The translations under genes and the position numbers were made by a program. Shown here piece after piece: positions 16,346 to 24,933 of a DNA stretch of 36,540 nucleotides. Location of the stretch: NCBI GenBank assembly GCA_028527945.1, contig JAQQAK010000213.1:1-36540 (forward strand), given 5' to 3'. The notes beneath the pieces were generated by a model that did no database searches, was not told the origin of the DNA, and saw only the letters and a list, made by a program, of their open reading frames with translations. Positions within the stretch are counted from its first letter, which is position 1. Each line of letters begins with the position of its first letter. Origin of the DNA: Spirochaetaceae bacterium (GTDB lineage: Bacteria > Spirochaetota > Spirochaetia > UBA9216).

Positions 16346-17368
16346 ATGGCTAATATTAAAAAGTTTTATGTAATTATCTTTTTTATTGTTTTAGGATGTA
16401 GTGCTGAATCTGAAGAAAATACTGTAATTACTATAATGTCCTGGAATGTTGAAAATTTCTTTGATGATGTAGATAACGGAACAGAATACTATGAGTTTGA
16501 TCCGGGGAATAATAAATGGAATTATGATTGTTTTACCAGGAAAGCTTCAGCAATTGCAGATGTTATAACTTCCGCAGAGAATGGTGGTCCTGATATCGTT
16601 CTTCTTCAGGAAGTTGAAAATTATAATGCTCTGGAATATCTAAATGACAGCTATTTAAAGGCCTTGTCTTATCCATATCTTTGCTTTTTCCCTACTTCTA
16701 ACTCTGCTGTTGGAACCGCAGTTCTAAGCCGGTATCCTATAGCAGGTGTACATAATCATGCAGTAAGACTTGATAATCTTTTATGTGGACGTAATATTGC
16801 TGAAGTTGAAATCTTTCTAAAAGAAGAATCTCCTTCTCTTGTTGTTTTTATAAATCATTGGAAGTCCAAACTTGGTGGAGCTGAAGAAACAGAACCTCAA
16901 CGTATTGCTGCTTCTGTATTACTTAATGAACTTATGCAGGATGCAATCCTTGCCGGTTATAATGTTTTAGCTGCAGGTGATTTTAATGAATCTTATGATG
17001 AGTCTTCTCGAAATAATGAAGCTTATCAGGCTGCTATTGTATGCGGTGATGATGTTTGTGATGGTTTGAATCTGATGTCTTGGGGTTCTAAAGACGAAAT
17101 GAAGAATGGATACACTGACAGATATTTTAATCCATGGTGTGAGCTCGAAGGTTACGGTAGCTATTATTATAATGATGGGTGGGAAACTCTTGATCAGTTT
17201 TTTATAGGGGATAGCTTTTTTGATGATAAAAGTCCGGAGTATTCGAGTTTTAGGATTGTAAAACTTGGGTTTAATGAGACGTCTCAGGGAAAACCTCTAA
17301 GTTGGGATTCCGGTTCAGGCTTAGGGTGTTCTGATCACTTTCCTGTAATTTTAGAATTATTTTTTTAG
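16346..17368 (+). CDS. Endonuclease/exonuclease/phosphatase (EEP) family lipoprotein
   Basis: Lipobox IVLGCS. EEP motifs SWNVENFF, LLQEVEN, GDFNES and SDHFPV. ATG at 16346 was chosen because the track's upstream extension runs through the purC terminator. Confidence 0.8.
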   Translation: MANIKKFYVIIFFIVLGCSAESEENTVITIMSWNVENFFDDVDNGTEYYEFDPGNNKWNYDCFTRKASAIADVITSAENGGPDIVLLQEVENYNALEYLNDSYLKALSYPYLCFFPTSNSAVGTAVLSRYPIAGVHNHAVRLDNLLCGRNIAEVEIFLKEESPSLVVFINHWKSKLGGAEETEPQRIAASVLLNELMQDAILAGYNVLAAGDFNESYDESSRNNEAYQAAIVCGDDVCDGLNLMSWGSKDEMKNGYTDRYFNPWCELEGYGSYYYNDGWETLDQFFIGDSFFDDKSPEYSSFRIVKLGFNETSQGKPLSWDSGSGLGCSDHFPVILELFF

Positions 17369-17422
17369 TTTGATGCTATATTGAAGCTTTAATAATTTTA
17401 GTCTTGGTCTGGTCGTTTTTTT

Positions 17423-17467
17423 ACCGCATGCAAAATTGATATAATTTTGTATGCGGTTTGTTTTTTT
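17423..17467 (+). terminator. Rho-independent terminator after the EEP gene
   Basis: 15-bp stem ACCGCATGCAAAATT / AATTTTGTATGCGGT (one G-U pair), 5-nt loop GATAT, then TTGTTTTTTT. The U-tract overlaps the rex stop codon. Confidence 0.7.
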
Positions 17468-18125
17468 AGTTTTCTTCTGTTGTTGTTTCGTTTAGCACGT
17501 TGACTTGGTAGAAAAGGTGTTCAAGTTCAAGGCAGATGTTTATATTGTGAATTGTACAACCGTTAGCCTTTGACCTGAGGTCGTCCTTATTGTTTATTCT
17601 TAATTCAATTGTTGCAAAGTTAAGAATGCCCTTTATACCGGATTCTATCATTAAATCAAGGGTAGAGGCTGCAGCGCTGTCTGGAACACTTATTATGCCA
17701 ACTTTTGTATCGTTTTTATTAACAAATTCCTTCATATCCTTTATATGGTAAATAGGAACCCCGGATGTTTTTGATACATTCTCCGGTGCAATATCAAAGC
17801 CTGCTATTATTTTAATGCCTTCGTTTCTAAACTCTTCATACTGCATTAGAGCTGTTCCAATTCTGCCGCATCCGGCTAAAATAACTTCCTGCGGTTTGTC
17901 TCTTCCCAAAACTATATCCAGCTTTTCAATTAACAAATTTATGTCATATCCGCCGCGTTTGTTTCCTGGTAAACTCAACATTGAGAAATCTTTTCGCACA
18001 AGTGATGGTGCAACACCAATCGCATCACCTAAATTGTTGGAGAAAACTCTTTCAAGACCCAGTGCTTTTAGTTTTGATAATAACCTTTTATATTTTGACA
18101 AGCGTAAAATCAAGTCTTTATTCAT
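17466..18125 (-). CDS. rex: Redox-sensing transcriptional repressor Rex
   Basis: N-terminal winged-helix block (RLSKYKRLLSKL...SNNLGDAIGV...VRKDFS) and a Rossmann NAD(H) site GCGRIG. AAGAGG RBS. Confidence 0.9.
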   Translation of the reverse strand: MNKDLILRLSKYKRLLSKLKALGLERVFSNNLGDAIGVAPSLVRKDFSMLSLPGNKRGGYDINLLIEKLDIVLGRDKPQEVILAGCGRIGTALMQYEEFRNEGIKIIAGFDIAPENVSKTSGVPIYHIKDMKEFVNKNDTKVGIISVPDSAAASTLDLMIESGIKGILNFATIELRINNKDDLRSKANGCTIHNINICLELEHLFYQVNVLNETTTEEN

Positions 18126-18173
18126 TTATATAACCTCTTAATTGTTGTGAAGTTTATTTTATATGAAAATGTT

Positions 18174-18225
18174 TTATTGTGCAAATGGTAACAATAAACA
18201 TAAAATTATATTTACTTATTGTTAC
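18174..18225. promoter_or_regulatory. Nested inverted repeats in the rex-hydC intergenic region; candidate Rex operator
   Basis: TTATTGT (18174-18180) / ACAATAA (18191-18197), and a 10-bp repeat GTAACAATAA (18188-18197) / TTATTGTTAC (18216-18225). The 18-mer TTGTGCAAATGGTAACAA (18177-18194) matches the general Rex consensus TTGTGAA-N4-TTCACAA at 11 of 14 specified positions. Confidence 0.35.
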
Positions 18226-18372
18226 TGAATCAACATGAACATGCTAAAAAGATGTTGAAATAGCAAATATTGAAGGCAATTATTCACAAATGTATTGAAA
18301 TTTTCACACAATCCAACTATTCTCTTTAATAGGGTAAAACTTTTATAAATACAAATTAACTTAGGAGGGATT

Positions 18373-18861
18373 ATGGCTGTAGATACGGCTCCTCAAATTG
18401 AGTTCTCTAAAGAGCTTGAGTCTTTTATTGAAGAATGGAAGCCTAAGCCTGGAAATCTGATAATGGTTCTGCACAGAGTGCAGGAAGAGTTTGGATACAT
18501 TCCACGCGAGGCTGCTATCAAGGTTTCTCAATTGCTTGATACACCGCTTGCCAAAATTTATGGTGTTATAACTTTTTATCATTTCTTTAAACTGGATAAA
18601 CCCGGAAAATACAATATTCAGGTTTGTATGGGGACCGCTTGCTATTTAAAAGGTGGTGAAGATTTAATCAACGAAATGGAAAATCTTCTTGGAATTGGAG
18701 TTAACGAAGTAACTGATGACGGTCTTTTTTCAATAGAGTCTGTCAGGTGTGTAGGTTGTTGTGGTCTTGCTCCTGTTATGATAGTTGATGGAGAAGTTTT
18801 TGGTAAAGTAACCAAAGATGAACTTCCGGAGATAATCGCAAACTATAGAAAGCAGGGCTAA
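18373..18861 (+). CDS. hydC: [FeFe]-hydrogenase NuoE-like 2Fe-2S subunit (HydC/HndA type)
   Basis: GGAGGG RBS. Thioredoxin-like 2Fe-2S cysteines CMGTACYLKG and RCVGCCGLAP. Confidence 0.9.
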   Translation: MAVDTAPQIEFSKELESFIEEWKPKPGNLIMVLHRVQEEFGYIPREAAIKVSQLLDTPLAKIYGVITFYHFFKLDKPGKYNIQVCMGTACYLKGGEDLINEMENLLGIGVNEVTDDGLFSIESVRCVGCCGLAPVMIVDGEVFGKVTKDELPEIIANYRKQG

Positions 18862-19425
18862 ATGCACGCATCCGTTTGTGATTTCATTATTGATTGTGTA
18901 CAAAATTCTATAGAGGCCAACGCAGAAGAGATTCTTCTCTTTTTGTATGAGTCGACAGACGATTTTTCAATAAAAATAATTGATAATGGTGCGGGAATGA
19001 CGGATGAAGAAGTTCAAAATGCTGTAGATCCGTTTTATACAGATGGAAGCAAGCATAAAGAGCGGAAAGTTGGGCTTGGTATTCCTTTTATGATTCAATC
19101 TGTAGAACAGGTTAGTGGTAAATGGGCTATCAATTCTAAAAAGGGTAGGGGGACAGAACTCTCTTTTAACTTTCCATTAAATAATATTGATACACCTCCA
19201 ATTGGTGATATCAGTGGAATGTTGCTTCAGGTTCTTATGTTTGATGGAGATTTTGAACTAAAATTCGATAGAGTTTTAGTGCGGGACAGTAGTGAACTGA
19301 AATATACAATAAGCAGATTAGAGTTAAAAGAAGTTCTTGGAGATTTAAATTCTGCTGATTCACTTATATTGGCAAAGCAGTATTTAAGATCTCAGGAAGA
19401 AGATTTAATTGAAGGAGACAGTTGA
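18862..19425 (+). CDS. Stand-alone GHKL (histidine-kinase-like) ATPase domain protein embedded in the hydrogenase operon
   Basis: 187 aa. N box QNSIEAN, G1 DNGAGM, G2 GLGIPF. No DHp/His phosphoacceptor, sensor or TM region. Starts immediately after the hydC stop and ends in a TGATG overlap with the next gene. Confidence 0.8.
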   Translation: MHASVCDFIIDCVQNSIEANAEEILLFLYESTDDFSIKIIDNGAGMTDEEVQNAVDPFYTDGSKHKERKVGLGIPFMIQSVEQVSGKWAINSKKGRGTELSFNFPLNNIDTPPIGDISGMLLQVLMFDGDFELKFDRVLVRDSSELKYTISRLELKEVLGDLNSADSLILAKQYLRSQEEDLIEGDS

Positions 19426-19817
19426 TGGCTAAAATGACTCTGGAAGAATTGCGAAAGCTTAGAAATCAAAAGAAAGATGAGCTTGATAAAAGAGATACAG
19501 AAGGAAAAGATGTTCATATAATAATTGGAATGGGAACCTGCGGAATTGCCGCCGGAGCAAAAGATTCTCTTGATGCATTTCTTGATGAAATAGAAAAAAA
19601 TAAAATAGACAATGTTACCGTTAAGCAAACAGGTTGTATGGGACTATGTTATGTAGAACCTACAGTAGAGGTTAAGGTTCCTGAAATGCCTGACACAATT
19701 TATGGTAATGTTGACGCGGAGACTGCTCGCAATATTGTAAGAGAGCATGTTCTTGGTAAAAAGCTGGTTAGCGAGCATGTCTTTGACAGGCCGTCCAAAG
19801 ATATAGTTAAGGAATAG
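19425..19817 (+). CDS. Thioredoxin-like 2Fe-2S ferredoxin (HndB-like)
   Basis: GMGTCGIAAGA and TGCMGLCYVEP motifs. GAAGGAG RBS 7 nt upstream of the ATG at 19425. Confidence 0.8.
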   Translation: MAKMTLEELRKLRNQKKDELDKRDTEGKDVHIIIGMGTCGIAAGAKDSLDAFLDEIEKNKIDNVTVKQTGCMGLCYVEPTVEVKVPEMPDTIYGNVDAETARNIVREHVLGKKLVSEHVFDRPSKDIVKE

Positions 19818-19828
19818 CGGGGGAAAGT

Positions 19829-21625
19829 ATGGCGGTAAAGAATTTTATACTTGTTTGCGGTGGTACGGCCTGTGAATCAAGTAAAGCTAACGATATCTTT
19901 AATGCGCTTAAATCTGAGGTTGAAGCTCAGGGTGTTGATAAAGATGTTCAAATAGTAAAAACAGGATGTTTTGGTTTTTGTGAAAAAGGACCAATCGTCA
20001 AAGTTCTTCCTGAAGAAGCTTTTTATGTTGAGGTAACACCCGAAGACGCAAAAGAAATTATTTCAGAATCTATTGTAAAAGGTAGAATGGTAAAACGACT
20101 TCTTTATGTTGATGATACTGACAAGAAGAAAGAAGATGATTTTGATATTGAAAACATCAAGTTCTATCAGAAACAGGTTAGAATAGTTCTTAGAAATTGT
20201 GGTTTTATCGATCCTGAAAAAATTGAAGAATATATTGCAAGAGATGGTTATGCTGCTCTTGAAAAAGTTCTTTTTGATATGAGTCCTGATGATGTTATAA
20301 ATGAACTTAAGGTTTCTGGTCTTAGAGGCCGTGGTGGCGCGGGTTTTCCAACTTGGATGAAGTGGAATTTTACCAAAGGCGTTGAGAGTGACCAGAAGTT
20401 TATTGTATGTAACGCTGATGAAGGGGATCCCGGCGCATACATGGATAGATCCACCTTGGAAGGTGATCCGCATTCAGTTCTTGAAGCTATGACTATTGCT
20501 GGTTATACAGTTGGTGCTAACAAGGGTGTAATCTACATTAGAGCTGAGTATCCTCTTGCAATCAAGAGACTTGAAATTGCAATTGAGCAGGCTCGAGAAT
20601 ATGGTCTTCTTGGAGAAGATATTCTCGGAAGTGGGTTCAGTTTTGATTTTGAAATCAGACTTGGTGCTGGTGCATTTGTTTGTGGTGAAGAGACAGCTCT
20701 TCTTCGTTCTATTGAAGGAAACCGTGGTATGCCAACACCTAAGCCACCTTTTCCGGCAGTTGAAGGTCTTTGGGGTAAGCCTACTGTAATTAACAATGTT
20801 GAAACATGGGCAAATGTTCCAATGATCATTCTAAAAGGCGGAAAATGGTTTAACTCTATAGGAACAGAAAAGTCTTCTGGAACCAAGGTTTTTGCGCTTA
20901 CTGGTAAAATAAATAATTCTGGTCTTGTTGAAGTTCCAATGGGAACAACTCTTCGAGAAATAGTTTTTGATATTGGCGGTGGAATTAAAGACGGTAAAAA
21001 GTTTAAAGCTGTTCAAACCGGCGGTCCTTCCGGTGGTGTTCTAACAAATGATTTTCTTGATACTCCAATTGATTTTGATCAGCTTACTGCTATTGGATCT
21101 ATGATGGGCTCTGGTGGAATGATTGTTATGGATGAAGACGACTGTATTATTGATGTCGCCAAGTTCTATCAGGAATTCTGTGTTGAAGAGTCTTGTGGAA
21201 AATGTGCTCCTTGTAGAATTGGAACAAGAAAGCTTTATGATATTCTTGATAAGATTTCAAAAGGCAAGGGAACTCACAAGGATCTTGAAAATCTTGAAAC
21301 AATAGGAAACGCAATGAAGAAAGCAGCTCTCTGTGGTCTTGGTCAGACAGCACCTAACCCTATTCTTTCGACACTAAAGTATTTTAAAGATGAATACCTC
21401 GAGCATGTTGATGATAAAGTTTGTCGGGCTGGAAAGTGTAAAGACCTTGTTAGATTTGAAATCGATCCTGAAAAATGTATTGGTTGTACTGTTTGTTCAA
21501 GAAAGTGTCCGGTTGGCTGTATCTCAGGAGAGAGAAAACAACCTCATTCTATTGATCAGAGCCAGTGTGTTAAGTGCGGAGCTTGTTATGCTGCATGTAA
21601 GTTCGGCGCTATTAAAAAAAGCTAA
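19829..21625 (+). CDS. hydB: [FeFe]-hydrogenase NuoF-like flavoprotein subunit (HydB/HndC type)
   Basis: N-terminal 2Fe-2S (CGGTAC...GCFGFCEKGP), FMN/NADH site GLRGRGGAGFPT, 4Fe-4S CGKCAPCR, and a C-terminal dicluster CIGCTVCSRKCP / CVKCGACYAAC. Confidence 0.92.
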   Translation: MAVKNFILVCGGTACESSKANDIFNALKSEVEAQGVDKDVQIVKTGCFGFCEKGPIVKVLPEEAFYVEVTPEDAKEIISESIVKGRMVKRLLYVDDTDKKKEDDFDIENIKFYQKQVRIVLRNCGFIDPEKIEEYIARDGYAALEKVLFDMSPDDVINELKVSGLRGRGGAGFPTWMKWNFTKGVESDQKFIVCNADEGDPGAYMDRSTLEGDPHSVLEAMTIAGYTVGANKGVIYIRAEYPLAIKRLEIAIEQAREYGLLGEDILGSGFSFDFEIRLGAGAFVCGEETALLRSIEGNRGMPTPKPPFPAVEGLWGKPTVINNVETWANVPMIILKGGKWFNSIGTEKSSGTKVFALTGKINNSGLVEVPMGTTLREIVFDIGGGIKDGKKFKAVQTGGPSGGVLTNDFLDTPIDFDQLTAIGSMMGSGGMIVMDEDDCIIDVAKFYQEFCVEESCGKCAPCRIGTRKLYDILDKISKGKGTHKDLENLETIGNAMKKAALCGLGQTAPNPILSTLKYFKDEYLEHVDDKVCRAGKCKDLVRFEIDPEKCIGCTVCSRKCPVGCISGERKQPHSIDQSQCVKCGACYAACKFGAIKKS

Positions 21626-21640
21626 GCAAGGAGAATAACA

Positions 21641-23392
21641 GTGAGTACTGTAGATATAAAGGTAAACGGCAGAGCTTTAACTGTGCCTGCCGGAACTTCA
21701 ATTTTAAAAGCAGCAAAGCTTGCCGGCTGTAAAATCCCGACACTTTGCTATCATTCAGATCTGGAGCCATGGGCTGCATGTGGTATCTGTGTTGTTAAAG
21801 TAGAAGGCAGTCCCAGAATGGTTAGAGCCTGTGCCACAATGGTTACAGCAGGTCAGAATTACATAACAGATGATCCTGAAATCCATCAGATTAGAAAGAC
21901 TGTTATAGAGATGACTCTGGCAGATCATCCGCAGGAATGCCTTACATGTGCTAGAAATCAAACTTGTGAGCTTCAGAGGCTTGCCGCGGAATATGGAATT
22001 AGAGAGATTCCTTTTGACAGAAGAGTTAAGAGGCTTCCTAAAGATGAATCAACTCCGTCAATTGTTCTTGATCCTTCAAAATGTATTCAGTGTGGGCGTT
22101 GTGCTCAGGTATGTCAGCAGCTTCAGGATGTATGGGCTCTTGAGTTCATAGGACGTGGGGAAAAAACTAGGCTTATGCCTTCTGCTGGTGTTGTTCTTAA
22201 TGAAAGTCCATGTATTAAATGTGGTCAATGTTCCGCACACTGTCCAGTTGGCGCAATTTATGAGAAGGATGAGACAGATCTTCTTATGAACGCTATACTT
22301 GATGAAACAAAACATGTTGCTGTTCAGATGGCTCCTGCTGTTCGTGTTGCTTTTGGCGAGGCTTTTGGAATGGAGCCTGGCGAAATAACCACAGGAAAGA
22401 TTTATGCCGCTCTAAGACGTCTTGGTGTTGATGCTGTATTTGATACTAACTTTTCTGCTGACCTTACTATTATGGAAGAAGGATCAGAGTTTGTTGAACG
22501 ATTTGTAAATGGTAAGGGTGAACTTCCTCAATTAACATCATGCTGTCCTGCATGGACAGATTATATGGAAAAGTATTATCCGGATATGATTCCTAATTTT
22601 TCAACCGCAAAGTCACCTCAGATGATGCAGGGAGCGGTAATTAAGTCTTATTATGCCAAGAACAAAGGTATAGATCCAAAGGATATTTATTCTGTATCTA
22701 TTATGCCTTGTACAGCTAAAAAGTTTGAACGCGTACGAGATGAGAATATGAAATCTTCCGGTTATAGTGATGTCGATCTTGTTTTAACAACAAGAGAGCT
22801 GTCTAGAATGATTAAAACTTTCGGAGTAGATTTTGTTAATCTTCCGGAAGAAGACGCAGACAGTCCTGTAGGAAAATACACTGGCGCTGGAACTATTTTT
22901 GGTGTTACCGGTGGTGTTATGGAGGCTGCTGTAAGATCCGCCTATTATCTAATTACCAAAGAAGAGCTTTCTAATGTTAATATTGAAGCTGTTCGAGGTA
23001 TGGATGGTGTTAAGGTTGGAGAAGTTGATATAAAAGGAACTAAAGTTAAGGTTGCTGTAGCTCATGGAATGGCTAATGTTAAAGCTGTTCTTGATGAGGT
23101 TCGAGAGGCTAAAGAGAAGGGACTTGAGCCTCCTTATCACTTTATCGAAGTTATGGCATGTCGTGGTGGCTGTATAGCTGGTGGTGGCCAGCCTTATGGC
23201 ACAGAAGATGATGTACGTGAGAAGAGGATTGCTGGTCTCTATAAAGATGATGAACAGTCTGAGTTTAGATGTTCTCATCATAATCCTGAAATTACACAAA
23301 TTTATAAGGATTATCTTGGAGCACCTCTCAGTGAGAAATCTCACCATCTTCTTCACACACATTACACTCCAAGACCTGTTTACCAAAAATAG
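21641..23392 (+). CDS. hydA: [FeFe]-hydrogenase catalytic subunit (multi-cluster M3-type)
   Basis: GTG start after AAGGAG. N-terminal 2Fe-2S and accessory 4Fe-4S motifs (CIQCGRCAQVC, CIKCGQCSAHCP). H-cluster motifs TSCCPAW, MPCTAKKFE and EVMACRGGCIAGGGQP. Confidence 0.95.
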   Translation: MSTVDIKVNGRALTVPAGTSILKAAKLAGCKIPTLCYHSDLEPWAACGICVVKVEGSPRMVRACATMVTAGQNYITDDPEIHQIRKTVIEMTLADHPQECLTCARNQTCELQRLAAEYGIREIPFDRRVKRLPKDESTPSIVLDPSKCIQCGRCAQVCQQLQDVWALEFIGRGEKTRLMPSAGVVLNESPCIKCGQCSAHCPVGAIYEKDETDLLMNAILDETKHVAVQMAPAVRVAFGEAFGMEPGEITTGKIYAALRRLGVDAVFDTNFSADLTIMEEGSEFVERFVNGKGELPQLTSCCPAWTDYMEKYYPDMIPNFSTAKSPQMMQGAVIKSYYAKNKGIDPKDIYSVSIMPCTAKKFERVRDENMKSSGYSDVDLVLTTRELSRMIKTFGVDFVNLPEEDADSPVGKYTGAGTIFGVTGGVMEAAVRSAYYLITKEELSNVNIEAVRGMDGVKVGEVDIKGTKVKVAVAHGMANVKAVLDEVREAKEKGLEPPYHFIEVMACRGGCIAGGGQPYGTEDDVREKRIAGLYKDDEQSEFRCSHHNPEITQIYKDYLGAPLSEKSHHLLHTHYTPRPVYQK

Positions 23393-23410
23393 GTTGGAAA
23401 ACTTAAAAAA

Positions 23411-23445
23411 AGCCGTTCAGAGTATACTTTGGACGGCTTTTTTTA
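23411..23445 (+). terminator. Rho-independent terminator after hydA
   Basis: 9-bp stem AGCCGTTCA / TGGACGGCT (one G-U pair), 10-nt loop, then a T-run. An A-run precedes the stem. Confidence 0.75.
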
Positions 23446-23521
23446 TGATTAATTGAGTGAAATTTAAATAAATTAAAAGAGCTTTAATTGAAAGCTCATA
23501 CAGTCTATTTTTTTCATAATA

Positions 23522-23549
23522 TTGACACTATTATTCTTGTATGTATGAT
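23522..23549 (+). promoter_or_regulatory. Sigma70-like promoter of the symporter gene
   Basis: TTGACA (23522-23527), 16-nt spacer, TATGAT (23544-23549). A GGAGGG RBS and the TTG start follow about 15-30 nt downstream. Confidence 0.5.
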
Positions 23550-23577
23550 TAATGCAGCTTAATTTGGAGGGCTAATT

Positions 23578-24933
23578 TTGGCTGAGTTTATTATACTATT
23601 GTCTATTTATGCTGTTGCAGGAACAGGAATAGCTGTCTATGCAGGTCGTCAACGAGGTGGTTCAGATCAGGAGTCGTATTTTATTGGTGGCCGAGGAATG
23701 GGATGGCTTGTCAGTGCTCTCACTTATGCAGCTACTACTTATTCATCATTCATGATGGTTGGTCTTGTTGGTTTATCTTATTCTACCGGCGTTGGAGCGA
23801 TGTTGTTTGAAATGACCTACCTTGTCGCAACTGTAATATTGCTTTCAATCTATGGTAAAAAAATATGGCAAATGAGCAAGGAGAATTCTCTTGTATCTCC
23901 TATGGAAATATTTTCACTTAGATATGGAAAATTGACTGGAGGCGTTGGCGCTGCAATCTCTGTAATAGCACTTGTGCCTTATACTGCCGCTCAGGTGATT
24001 GGTCTTTCAATTATCTTTCAGAATTTTGGAATCAGTTATGGTGCAGGTGTCGCAATAGCTGCTGTACTAATTTGTATATGGTCGCTTGTCGGAGGCTTGC
24101 GTGGTGTAGCTCTTACAGACGCGATCCAAGGTTTGTTTATGCTGGCTGTTGCAATAATAGCTGTCTTGTGGGCAAACAAGCATTTTAGTGGTGTTGAAAT
24201 GTCTACCTTTCCTAATAAGGTCTGGACTCCAGTATTTTTTATAAATATGACATTACCCTGGGCTTTTTTCGCTTTAACAAACCCTCAGGTTGTACAAAGG
24301 CTTTTTATTATAAAAGACAAGCAAGGGCTAAGGAAAATGATTGTTTTATTTGCAGTTATTGGAGCTGCTTATACAATCATAACTTGTTTAATAGGTTTTT
24401 CTGCTAAATATGGAACCCTTAGTGGTACATTTGCAGAAATACAGGGACGTGATAACGTTATTTTAGGTTTGTTAGGACTTATGGGGAAAGGCTTGGGACT
24501 TGCGATAGCTCTTAGTATTGTTTTTGCAAGCATTTCAACATCTAACTCTATAATTTTAACTCTTTCATCTATGGTTACACGAGATCTTGCCCGAAATAAA
24601 AATAACGTTTGGTTTGGAAGAATTTTTATTGTTGTTATCACTGCTGTTGTAGCATTATTTGCGTTGAGAAAAACTTCATATATTGTAGAGTTATCTGTTT
24701 CAACTTCAAGAATATTAATGTGTTTTCTACCTTTGTTTCTTGATATTTTTCATTTCAAAAAAGGTGGCAAGGTTACAGGTGTAATTACGATTTTTGGTGG
24801 AGCCGTTTCTGCTATAATTCTTAGCAAAATGGGACTTTCTTTAAGTTCTGTATATTCACTTGCTGCAGCTTTTGTGTTTTATTTTATTGGAGTTTTTATA
24901 GATAGCAGAAATAAATCAGCGATAAAGGCTTAG
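23578..24933 (+). CDS. Sodium:solute symporter (SSF) family transporter, substrate unknown
   Basis: 451 aa and highly hydrophobic with many TM segments. SSF-like N-terminal block YFIGGRGMGWLVSALTYAATTYSSFMMVG. TTG start 6 nt after GGAGGG. Confidence 0.8.
   Translation: MAEFIILLSIYAVAGTGIAVYAGRQRGGSDQESYFIGGRGMGWLVSALTYAATTYSSFMMVGLVGLSYSTGVGAMLFEMTYLVATVILLSIYGKKIWQMSKENSLVSPMEIFSLRYGKLTGGVGAAISVIALVPYTAAQVIGLSIIFQNFGISYGAGVAIAAVLICIWSLVGGLRGVALTDAIQGLFMLAVAIIAVLWANKHFSGVEMSTFPNKVWTPVFFINMTLPWAFFALTNPQVVQRLFIIKDKQGLRKMIVLFAVIGAAYTIITCLIGFSAKYGTLSGTFAEIQGRDNVILGLLGLMGKGLGLAIALSIVFASISTSNSIILTLSSMVTRDLARNKNNVWFGRIFIVVITAVVALFALRKTSYIVELSVSTSRILMCFLPLFLDIFHFKKGGKVTGVITIFGGAVSAIILSKMGLSLSSVYSLAAAFVFYFIGVFIDSRNKSAIKA

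Noticed and set aside
18283-18309. TTCACAA / TTCACAC as complete Rex boxes
   Set aside because: No TTGTGAA-like partner lies at the canonical 4-nt spacing upstream of either. They are kept only as half-sites within the broader control-region finding.
20063-20473. 136-aa and other antisense or off-frame ORFs within hydB and hydA (20248-20454, 20533-20886, 22076-22315, 22949-23386, 23181-23456)
   Set aside because: They are shadows of strongly motif-supported hydrogenase genes, with no RBS and no recognisable domains.
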